Part shown: positions 40,494-48,686 of the stretch, one piece after another
How positions within the stretch are numbered: position 1 is the stretch's first letter
Layout of the letters: every line of letters starts with the position of its first letter
DNA from: Candidatus Methylomirabilia bacterium
Lineage (GTDB): Bacteria; Methylomirabilota; Methylomirabilia; Rokubacteriales; CSP1-6
Reading direction: 5' to 3'
Length of the DNA: 54,052 nt
Assembly (NCBI GenBank): GCA_041497895.1
Contig: JBGQHJ010000015.1
Span: 1 to 54,052 of the forward strand
Notes under the pieces: model-generated
Database searches by the model: none
The model's input: only the letters and a program-made list of their open reading frames with translations
What the model was told of the DNA's origin: nothing
Made by a program: the position numbers and the translations under genes

Positions 40494-41417
40494 GTGGCGA
40501 AAGAGTTGAAGATCTGGATGAACGGGCGACTCGTCGCCCAGGCCGAGGCCGTCCTGCCCGTGAACAGCGCGGCCGTGTTCTACGCGACCAACGTGTTCGA
40601 GGGCCTGCGGGCGTACTGGAACGAGGCGGACGGCGAGCTCTACTGCTTCCGGCTGGCCGAGCACTTCGCGCGCCTGCGCGAGTCCATGAAGATGATGCGC
40701 TTCACGGTGCCCTACAGCGACATGGACATCTACGAGGCGGTGCGCGAGGTCCTGCGCGGCAACGAGATCCGCGAGGACGTCCACATGCACCTCGTGGCCT
40801 ATGTCTCCGCGCCCGGGCTCGACTCGACCGGCCCGACGGGCCTCTACATCAATCCGCGTCGGCGCGGCCGGATCTCCGACGGCGACGGCCTGCGTTGCTG
40901 CATCACGTCCTGGCAGCGCACCCACGACAACGCGATCCCGATTCGCCTGAAGTGCGGCGCCAACTACCAGAACGGGCGGCTGGCCACGCTCCAGGCCAAG
41001 GCGGACGGCTACGACGCGCCCATCTTCCTGAACCAGCAGGGCACGGTCGCCGAGGGCTCGGGGGCCACCTTCTTCATGGTGCGCCGGGGCAAGCTCATCA
41101 CCCCGCCGATCACCAGCGACATCCTTGAGTCGATCACCCGCACCACCCTGATCGACGCGGTGGCGCCCGCGCTCGGCATGGACGTGGTCGAGCGCGACAT
41201 CGCGCGCACCGAGCTGTACGTGGCCGACGAGGCGTTCTTCTGCGGCAGCGGCTACGAGATCACCCCGATCCTCTCGGTGGACCGGTTCCCCCTGGGCGAC
41301 GGCGGGGTGGGCCCCATCACCCAGCGCCTGCTCACCGCGTACATGAACGTGGTGCGCGGCGCCGACCGCCGCTTCCCCGAGTGGCGCATGCCGGTGTACA
41401 AGCCCGTCACCGTCTGA
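40494..41417 (+). CDS. ilvE: Class IV PLP aminotransferase (branched-chain amino acid transaminase-like)
   Basis: VFEGLRAY, LKCGANY, AEGSGATFF, ILESITR and ADEAFFCGS. Confidence 0.85.
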   Translation: MAKELKIWMNGRLVAQAEAVLPVNSAAVFYATNVFEGLRAYWNEADGELYCFRLAEHFARLRESMKMMRFTVPYSDMDIYEAVREVLRGNEIREDVHMHLVAYVSAPGLDSTGPTGLYINPRRRGRISDGDGLRCCITSWQRTHDNAIPIRLKCGANYQNGRLATLQAKADGYDAPIFLNQQGTVAEGSGATFFMVRRGKLITPPITSDILESITRTTLIDAVAPALGMDVVERDIARTELYVADEAFFCGSGYEITPILSVDRFPLGDGGVGPITQRLLTAYMNVVRGADRRFPEWRMPVYKPVTV

Positions 41418-41431
41418 TCCGCCACGATTCT

Positions 41432-41478
41432 CCTCCCACCCTCTCCCCCGTCCCGGGGGAGAGGGTGGGGTGAGGGGG
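41432..41478. repeat. REP-like palindrome, same family as 1191-1242
   Basis: CCCACCCTCTCCCCCG-TCC-CGGGGGAGAGGGTGGG, followed by GTGAGGGG. Confidence 0.7.
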
Positions 41479-41511
41479 ATTTCGAGCCGCACCCCCCAGG
41501 GAGACTCCGCC

Positions 41512-43137
41512 ATGTCCAGCGCCACACGTATCTCCGGACTCCTCGTGACCCTGACCGTGGCCCTTGCCGTCGCTCCCGCCGCGGCGCAGGCCCCCGCGCC
41601 CGTGATCCGCGAGGGCAAGCCCGGCGGCGTGCTCCGCCCGGTGCTGCGCGAGGACCTGCCGCAGGGCTTCGCCATCCACGAGTCCGCGACCAACTCGGTC
41701 ACGTGGCCGGCGATGCCGTGCTACAGCAACCTGGTGATGTACGACCAGACCAGGCGGCTCGGGCGCATGGAGACCATCGTCCCCGAGCTGGCCGAGAAGT
41801 GGTCCTGGCAGGACAACTACCGCAACCTCGTCTTCTTCCTGAGACGCGACGTCAAGTGGCACGACGGCCAGCCCTTCACCTCGAAGGACGTGAAGTTCAC
41901 CTTCGACGTGGTGCGCGAGGCCGCCGACGCGCCGGCCAAGCTTCGGATCAACCCGCGGAAGGAGTGGTACGCCAACGTCGACGCGATCGAGGCGCCGGAC
42001 CCCTACACGGTGGTCTTCCGCCTGAAGCGGCCACAGCCCTCGCTGGTGGCGATGCTCGCCTCCGGATACTCCCCCGTCCTCCCGGCCCACGTGCCGCTGG
42101 CCGAGCACCGCTCGCGCTGCATCGGCACCGGGCCGTTCAAGTTCAAGGAGTGGAAGCGCGGCCAGTCGGTGGAGCTGGTGCGCAACCCGGACTACTTCGT
42201 CAAGGGCCGCCCCTACCTCGACGGGGTGCGCTACACCGTGATCGTGGAGCGCGGCACCCGGGTGGCCGCGCTGCAGGCCGGCCAGATCGACGTGGCCTAC
42301 CCGGGCGAGACCACGCTCTCCATCGCCGAGCAGCTCAAGAAGGCGGTGCCGGGCATGGTCCTCACCGAGACCGCGAGCAACGTCAGCGAGAACCTGCTCC
42401 TGAACACCAGGAAGCCGCCCTTCGACAACGTCAAGGTCCGTCGCGCGCTCAGCTTCGCGATCGATCGGCGCACCTACACCCTGACCGTGCATCGCGGAGC
42501 CGCGGTCATCGGAGCCTCCCTGGCCCCGAAGCCCTGGGGCGTATGGGGTCTCCTCGACCGGGACCTGAACCAGCTGCCCGGGTACGGCGGGGCCGCCGCG
42601 GGCCGGGCGCAGGCCAGGAAGCTGCTGGCCGAGGCGGGCTTCGGGCCGGGGAACCCGCTCAAGGTCGAGCTGGTCACCCGCGCGATCGCCATCTACCTCG
42701 ACTTCGCGGGCTTCGTGGTCAGCGACCTCAAGCAGGTCGGCGTGGAGGCCACCCTCAAGCAGATCGACACCGCCCAGTGGCACCCGATGGTGACGCGCCG
42801 CGAGTTCCAGATCGGCGCCAACCTCACCGGGCTCGGGGTCGACGATCCCGACGCGAATTTCTACGAGAACTTCTCGTGCGGCTCCCCGCGCAACTACGGC
42901 GACTACTGCAACGAGGAGGTGGGTCGGCTGATCGATCAGCAGTCGCAGGAGACCGACCTGCCGAAGCGCGTCGCCCTCGTGGCGCAGATCCAGAAGAAGC
43001 TCGAGGAGGACGCGGCCCGGCCCACCATGGGCTGGCGCACCGATCGCTTCGCGCACTACCCCTACGTGAAGAACCTGATCCTGAACCAGGTGACCTACAA
43101 CTGCTGCCGCCTGCAAGAGGTGTGGCTCGACAAGTAG
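41512..43137 (+). CDS. ABC substrate-binding protein family 5 (peptide/nickel-type), orphan
   Basis: PELAEKWS, VKWHDGQPFTSKDVKFTF, IGTGPFK and NPDYF. Confidence 0.93.
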   Translation: MSSATRISGLLVTLTVALAVAPAAAQAPAPVIREGKPGGVLRPVLREDLPQGFAIHESATNSVTWPAMPCYSNLVMYDQTRRLGRMETIVPELAEKWSWQDNYRNLVFFLRRDVKWHDGQPFTSKDVKFTFDVVREAADAPAKLRINPRKEWYANVDAIEAPDPYTVVFRLKRPQPSLVAMLASGYSPVLPAHVPLAEHRSRCIGTGPFKFKEWKRGQSVELVRNPDYFVKGRPYLDGVRYTVIVERGTRVAALQAGQIDVAYPGETTLSIAEQLKKAVPGMVLTETASNVSENLLLNTRKPPFDNVKVRRALSFAIDRRTYTLTVHRGAAVIGASLAPKPWGVWGLLDRDLNQLPGYGGAAAGRAQARKLLAEAGFGPGNPLKVELVTRAIAIYLDFAGFVVSDLKQVGVEATLKQIDTAQWHPMVTRREFQIGANLTGLGVDDPDANFYENFSCGSPRNYGDYCNEEVGRLIDQQSQETDLPKRVALVAQIQKKLEEDAARPTMGWRTDRFAHYPYVKNLILNQVTYNCCRLQEVWLDK

Positions 43138-43147
43138 CGGGACGCCG

Positions 43148-43867
43148 ATGCGAGTCGTCTTCTGGAACATCCGACACGGCGGCGGCGTCCGCGCCGCCGC
43201 CATCGCACGACGGATCTCGACCTGGGGAGCCGACGCGGTGGCGCTCTGCGAGTTCCGCGGCACCCCGCCGAGCGGCGAGCTCGCGCGCGCCCTCGCCGCG
43301 CGCGGCCTCGCCTACCAGTGCACCACCGCCGACCCCGCGCGCCCCGCGGTCAACGGCCTGCTGCTGGCCTCGCGCTGGCCGCTCCGGCGCATGCGCCTGG
43401 CCACCGCGCCCGTCGAGCCCGGCCGCTGGCTCCTCGCCCGGATCCAGTCCCCGACCCCGCTCGTCGTCGGGGTGATGCACGTCCCCAACCGGGTCACCGG
43501 GCGCAAGTACCCCTACCTCGACGCGGTGCTCGAGACCGCGCGCCGCACCTGGCCCGGGCCCGCGGTGTTCCTGGGCGACACCAACTCGGGCCGGATCGGG
43601 CTCGACGAGGAGGTGCCGGCCTTCAACCGGGTCGAGGACGGCTGGATGCGCGGGCTCCACGAGGCGGGGTGGATCGACGCCTTCCGGCACCTGCGCGGGG
43701 ACGCGCGCGCATACACGTGGTACTCGCCGAACGGGGGCAACGGCTTCCGGATCGACCAGGCCTTCCTCAACGGCGCGCTACGTCCGCGCCTGGAGGCCTT
43801 CCGCTACGACTGGGGCCGCCGCGCCGCGAGCGACCACGCCGCGATGGTCCTCGACCTGACCGGCTGA
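43148..43867 (+). CDS. Endonuclease/exonuclease/phosphatase family protein (ExoIII-like)
   Basis: FWNI, LCE, GDTN, YTWYS, RIDQAF and SDHA. Confidence 0.88.
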   Translation: MRVVFWNIRHGGGVRAAAIARRISTWGADAVALCEFRGTPPSGELARALAARGLAYQCTTADPARPAVNGLLLASRWPLRRMRLATAPVEPGRWLLARIQSPTPLVVGVMHVPNRVTGRKYPYLDAVLETARRTWPGPAVFLGDTNSGRIGLDEEVPAFNRVEDGWMRGLHEAGWIDAFRHLRGDARAYTWYSPNGGNGFRIDQAFLNGALRPRLEAFRYDWGRRAASDHAAMVLDLTG

Positions 43868-43924
43868 CGCGACTGTACGTCGGGCGAGCGCGCGGCCGAG
43901 GGCGTCAACGAAGCAGATGGCCCG

Positions 43925-45394
43925 TTATCGAGCCGCCGCCCCGGCCGGCGTCTGGTTGGCCTCCTGGCAGGCCCGCTTGAGCTCGGTGCTGCCGTTGAGC
44001 GCGCAGTCCACCGTGAGGGTTTGCGCTTCTGCCACGCGCCCGGCCTTGCGCAGGAGCCGGATCTTGTGGGGCCTGAAGCGCGCCGCGCCCGCGAAGACCT
44101 TCGAGGCCTGATCGGTCCACTGGAGCGCGACCGGGACGTTGCCGGTCCGCTCGTACGCGAAGATGAGGTCCTCGTACACGAGGGGCACCGGCTCCGGCGA
44201 GCCGACCGCCCGCCGCAAGGCCTCGACCGCCTCGGCCTGCCGTCCGATCGCCGCCGCCGAGTGGGCCAGCACCCAGTTGGGATAGGCGTCGGTGCGCCCG
44301 ACCGCGGCGACGCGAACCGTGGTGTACGCCTCCTGGGCCTTGCCCTGATCGAGCAGGCGGCGGGCCTGGAAGGCGCGCTTGTAGTTGGCCAGCACCTGGG
44401 CCACCTCGGGACGGCCGCGCACCGCCTTCCACGGCCCGGCCTGAGGCTCCACCGGGGGGCGCGTGCCGTAGAAGCGCTCGAAGTACTGCGCCGCGTCCTC
44501 GATGCGCTCGGAGGTCTTGGGGTGGTTCACCGAGACGGTGTCGATCAGCCGCTGGTAGACCACGCCCACCGTCTCGTTGACGTTGCGCTGGGAGGCCTGC
44601 TGCAGCCGCGCCGAGAAGGCGTCGTCGGACTCCTTGTTCGCCTGCTCCCACGCCTGGAGCTTCTCGAGCATGCTCACCATCGCGGTGCCGGCCACGTGGC
44701 TCTCCACCAGCAGATCCATCCCGAGCAGGTCGGCCTCGCGCTCCTGCCCACGGCTCCAGGCGGGGAGCACGAGCTTGTCGGTGGCGTCGGTGGCGAGCTG
44801 CACGTTGGTCATGCTCCGCGAGTCGCTCTTGGAGACGGTGCGCTGGCCGGCGAGCGCGGTCTTGGCGCCGATTCCCATCTCGTAGAGCGCCTGGCCCTTG
44901 CGCTGCACGTCGCCGAGCAGGTCCGAGCTGTGATGGGCCAGCAGCACGTGAGACAGCTCGTGGGCGAGGATGGCCGCGACCTCGTCCGCGCTCTCGAGCG
45001 ACTCGAGGAGGCCCATCGCCACGTAGACGTTGCCGTCCGGCGACGAGAACGCCTCGAAGCCGGGATTGGCGAGGATCACCACCCGCCCCGGCACGCCGGT
45101 CTTGCCGGAGGCCAGGAGCAGACGGCGCCGCGTCTCGTTGAGGTATTGCTCGAGCGCGGCCGATCGCACGAAGCCGAGCGCGTCGCCCCGATGCTGCGCG
45201 AGATCCTTCTCCTCGCCCACCGCGAGGCTCGAGGCCTCGTAGGGTCCGGCCTTGACCCGGGCGAGCACCGGGGTGGTACTCGCCTTACCGGGAAGCCAGT
45301 CGGGCGCCCACGAGACGGGCCTGGCGCCCTCACCTCCCGTCCCGCCCGCACAGCCGGCCGCGAGGAACCCGATCAGCACCCAGTGGAGCCGCAC
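43925..45394 (-). CDS. M48 family zinc metalloprotease lipoprotein with C-terminal TPR-like region
   Basis: Lipobox LAAGC, HELSH zinc motif, SRGQEREADLLG and NHP; alternative TTG start at 45409. Confidence 0.9.
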   Translation of the reverse strand: MRLHWVLIGFLAAGCAGGTGGEGARPVSWAPDWLPGKASTTPVLARVKAGPYEASSLAVGEEKDLAQHRGDALGFVRSAALEQYLNETRRRLLLASGKTGVPGRVVILANPGFEAFSSPDGNVYVAMGLLESLESADEVAAILAHELSHVLLAHHSSDLLGDVQRKGQALYEMGIGAKTALAGQRTVSKSDSRSMTNVQLATDATDKLVLPAWSRGQEREADLLGMDLLVESHVAGTAMVSMLEKLQAWEQANKESDDAFSARLQQASQRNVNETVGVVYQRLIDTVSVNHPKTSERIEDAAQYFERFYGTRPPVEPQAGPWKAVRGRPEVAQVLANYKRAFQARRLLDQGKAQEAYTTVRVAAVGRTDAYPNWVLAHSAAAIGRQAEAVEALRRAVGSPEPVPLVYEDLIFAYERTGNVPVALQWTDQASKVFAGAARFRPHKIRLLRKAGRVAEAQTLTVDCALNGSTELKRACQEANQTPAGAAAR

Positions 45395-45405
45395 CCCGGG
45401 ACGAC

Positions 45406-45825
45406 TCAATTGCAGTTCTCGCCCACGCCGCGCACCGCGCCGGTCTTGGGCGGGCGCCCGGCCACGCGGGTCCGGCACTCCTCGTCCTTCACCACCGGGA
45501 CCACCCGATCGGTCTCGACCGCGAAGGCCTTCACGCAGTAGTCGGCGCCGTCCATCTTCACCCAGTAGTAGACCGCGGTCTTGGCGTCGGTGGTGGCCCG
45601 CCACGGCTTGCGCTTCTCGAGATCCTCCCGCGAGAACGCGACCCCCTTGTCCATGCTGCAGTCCTTGTAGAGCGTGACCCGGCTCATGCGCAGCCCGACG
45701 ATGTTGAACGCCTCCGCGCCGGGCACCGCCTGCGCCGACACCGCGGGCGTCCACCCGGCGCTCGCCACCGCCAGGGCCACCGCCGTCACCGCCGCCTCAC
45801 GCCACCGATCGAGCCGTCGCCTCAT
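45406..45825 (-). CDS. Small secreted hypothetical protein (139 aa, 4 Cys, C-terminal GAVRGVGENCN)
   Basis: AGGAGGAGG SD, signal peptide ending AVSA-Q, tightly coupled to both neighbours. Confidence 0.8.
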   Translation of the reverse strand: MRRRLDRWREAAVTAVALAVASAGWTPAVSAQAVPGAEAFNIVGLRMSRVTLYKDCSMDKGVAFSREDLEKRKPWRATTDAKTAVYYWVKMDGADYCVKAFAVETDRVVPVVKDEECRTRVAGRPPKTGAVRGVGENCN

Positions 45826-47557
45826 GTATTGCCTCCTCCTCGTCGCCTCTGATGCACAGGGCGAAGATCCAGTCCATCGCTCGCAGGATGCCCGCGCCGA
45901 CTCCCCAGCTCTCCGGATCGGGCTGCTCGCGCCGCAGCGCGAAGTACCGACGGGCCGCGTCGTCGGCACGCCGCATGAGGGTCCGGGCCACCTCGAAGAA
46001 CGCCACGTAGGCCACGATGTTTCGGGGGCCCAGGTTGATCGGGGGCAGGAAGCTCACCACCGCGGCGCCGATCAGCAGCACGGTGGTGGCCACGAACAGC
46101 ACGTCGCGCGCGACCAGCGCCTTGTAGACGAAGTAGCCGGGCAGCACCACCAGCAGCAGGGCGGCCTCGATGCCGTACCGCGCGTCGACCCCCAGGAACA
46201 GCAGGACCGCGCCGATCAGGATCATCACCCCGAGGAGCCCGGACCACAGGAACTGGCGGGCGGACGGGCGGCGCTCCGGATGCGTCGCGGCCAGGTGCAG
46301 CACCGCCACCACCCCGAGGAGCAGCGGGACCAGGAGCAGGATCGCGAGCACGCTCGTCCGGGTGAACGCGGTGAGGGCCACGCACCCCACCGCCACCGCC
46401 AGGGTCGCCCACTTGAGGCGCGGGCTCACCGCGCCGATCCGGCCGAGGAAGCGGCGCGCGAAGGCGGGCGGCTTGTCCACCAGGAGCAGCAGCACGATCG
46501 TGAAGAGCAGGAGCAGGCCGTTGACCACGCGGGAGAGCGAGAGCCCGTGCTGCTCGGCGCGCTTGTAGTCGCGGCCGAACGTGAGGAGGTTGTCGTAGGC
46601 CATCGCGTGCAGGTAGACGCCGGGCAGATCGTCGAAGACGGGGGAGATGACCCGATCGCCCGCCATCTCGAAGCTGCCCCCGTAGAACACGGTCCGGCCC
46701 TTGACGACCTCGTCCTTCAGCTTCTGGTCGAAGCGCCCGAGCAGGTGCACCACCGAGATGGTGTCGGTGTGGGGACACTTCCGCTTCGACGCGAGCGGGT
46801 TCTCCTTGAGCATCTGGCGCAGGTGCACGAGGGTGCCGTCGTTCGCGCAGTCCATCCAGGACCCGTTCAGCTTGGAGACGCGGTTGCCCCAGATGATCTC
46901 CATCTGCTGGGCGTCGGCCCGCGCGAGGCCCACCTGGGGGGCCGCGATCTTGAAGGCGGGCGTCCAGTAGAGGTTCGACGGCTCGCACGAGGCCGCGGTG
47001 CTCCGGCACACCCGGTAGGTCAGCACCCCGCTCACCCCGGTCTCGGCGTCCATCTGCACGTCGACCGGGGTGAAGCAGCTCCGGTCGAGCCCGTCGCGCA
47101 GCCCGTCGCCGCCGGCCTTTCCCGCGAGCGGCGAGGCGGCCAGGTACACCGCGATCCCCGACGACTGCAGGGCGCAGATCGCCTCGCTGAGCGGGGCCAC
47201 GTCCTGCCCGGGACGCTTGTCGATGAACGCGAAGTCCACGAAGACCGCGGACGGCTCGTAGACCGCCAGCGCCTCGAGCACCTCGGCGTGACGCGCGTAG
47301 GAGATCGGGAACGACTCCCGCAGGGTGGCGAGGTTCTCCTCGCGGAAGAGCACCACCAGGGTCTTGTCCTGGCCGGTCTGATCGTAGGTGTACTTCACGA
47401 TCGCGTTCACGATGGCCTGCGACCACGGCGTCAGATGCATCGAGATGCCGTGGAAGTTGAAGAGCAGCGCGCCCAGCGCAACGAGGAACGCGAACTGCAC
47501 GAGCGTGCGGGTGGAGGCGCTCGGCCCCTGGCTCACCGCGATCGAGTCGTCCACCAT
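45797..47557 (-). CDS. CHASE2 domain protein with polytopic membrane C-terminus and no recognisable output domain
   Basis: FPISYARHAEVLEAL...PSAVFVDFAF and GRTVFYG...DRVISP...PGVYLHAMAYDNLL; about 7 TM segments follow. Confidence 0.85.
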   Translation of the reverse strand: MVDDSIAVSQGPSASTRTLVQFAFLVALGALLFNFHGISMHLTPWSQAIVNAIVKYTYDQTGQDKTLVVLFREENLATLRESFPISYARHAEVLEALAVYEPSAVFVDFAFIDKRPGQDVAPLSEAICALQSSGIAVYLAASPLAGKAGGDGLRDGLDRSCFTPVDVQMDAETGVSGVLTYRVCRSTAASCEPSNLYWTPAFKIAAPQVGLARADAQQMEIIWGNRVSKLNGSWMDCANDGTLVHLRQMLKENPLASKRKCPHTDTISVVHLLGRFDQKLKDEVVKGRTVFYGGSFEMAGDRVISPVFDDLPGVYLHAMAYDNLLTFGRDYKRAEQHGLSLSRVVNGLLLLFTIVLLLLVDKPPAFARRFLGRIGAVSPRLKWATLAVAVGCVALTAFTRTSVLAILLLVPLLLGVVAVLHLAATHPERRPSARQFLWSGLLGVMILIGAVLLFLGVDARYGIEAALLLVVLPGYFVYKALVARDVLFVATTVLLIGAAVVSFLPPINLGPRNIVAYVAFFEVARTLMRRADDAARRYFALRREQPDPESWGVGAGILRAMDWIFALCIRGDEEEAIHEATARSVA

Positions 47558-47700
47558 CGTGCCGTCGTGCACCGCGGGACTGCTCAAGCGACCTCCCCCG
47601 GAAAAATGTCCCAACAGTCTATGCCGCGTCTTGCGGCAGCACAATCACTGTGTTACACGAATGGGCCACGAACCTCGACCGCACCCTGGAGACCACACGC

Positions 47701-48666
47701 ATGGCCACGACGTCCCCCACCCGCCGCGGTGCCTTCTGGCTGATCACGCTCGCGCTGCTGCTCGCCGCGACCCACGGCGGCTGCGTATCCCAGGACTTCA
47801 TCCACGGCGCCGGGCAGAGCGCGGCCGCCGGCGCCATGCAGGGGGTGCGCGAAGGCATCCCCGGCCTCCAGGAGCCGCTGCGGCAAACCTTGCGCGGGAG
47901 CCTCGAGGACCCGGCCCTGGCCCGGGCCGCGCGCGAGATGACCGGCTCGGCGATGGACGCGCTCCAGGCCCGCCTGGGCTCGCCCGAGATGCGGCAGCAG
48001 GTCGACCTGCTCGTGACGCAGGCCATGGAGAGCCTCCACCGGAGCGGTGACGGCACCGTCCAGGCGCTGGTCAAGTCCGCGGGCGATCAGCTCGAGGGCG
48101 AGCTGCGGAAGATCGCCACCGGCAGCATCCTCGCCACCACCACCACCCTGCGTGACTCGATCGAGCGCGACGTGAACCCGGCCACCCAGCGCCTGGCTCG
48201 GCAGATGGGCGAGCAGCTCATCGCCTCGCTGGTGGCCGGGCTCAAGGGGCCGATGCAGGCGGAGCTTCAGGACATCGGGCGCAACATGTCTCAGGCCTTG
48301 ATCAAGGGCGCGGCCGAGGGCGCCGACGATCCCATGAACCAGGCGGGATTCGGCGGCCTCACCCATCAGGTGATGCTCCAGGCGATGCGCGGCGCCCGGC
48401 AGGGCATGACCGAGGGCCTGCCCACCCGCACCCAGGCCGCGCTGATCTCGGCGGTGGTCATGCTGGGCGCGATGGTGCTCGCGAGCGGAGGCGGCCTCGC
48501 CTGGTTCTGGTGGCGCTACCAGCAGAGCGCCAAGACCCTCACGATCGTCGCGGAGAGTATCAACCAGCATCAGTCGGGCGCGCTCAAGGAGACGATCCGG
48601 AAGAGCGCGCACGAGAACTACGTGGGCCCCTGGTTCAGCAGCTTCCTCAAGCGCCGCGGCCTGTGA
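47701..48666 (+). CDS. Hypothetical alpha-helical envelope protein (signal/lipobox-like N-terminus, C-terminal TM)
   Basis: AFWLITLALLLAATHGGC; Ala/Gln/Leu-rich helical body; hydrophobic AALISAVVMLGAMVLA...WFWW. Confidence 0.75.
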   Translation: MATTSPTRRGAFWLITLALLLAATHGGCVSQDFIHGAGQSAAAGAMQGVREGIPGLQEPLRQTLRGSLEDPALARAAREMTGSAMDALQARLGSPEMRQQVDLLVTQAMESLHRSGDGTVQALVKSAGDQLEGELRKIATGSILATTTTLRDSIERDVNPATQRLARQMGEQLIASLVAGLKGPMQAELQDIGRNMSQALIKGAAEGADDPMNQAGFGGLTHQVMLQAMRGARQGMTEGLPTRTQAALISAVVMLGAMVLASGGGLAWFWWRYQQSAKTLTIVAESINQHQSGALKETIRKSAHENYVGPWFSSFLKRRGL

Positions 48667-48686
48667 GGCGGCCCGGCTCACGATAG

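Noticed and set aside
43148..43867. EEP nuclease as part of a defence system or of the CHASE2 module
   Set aside because: It is convergent to the module, follows an ABC binding protein gene, and has no defence-type neighbours
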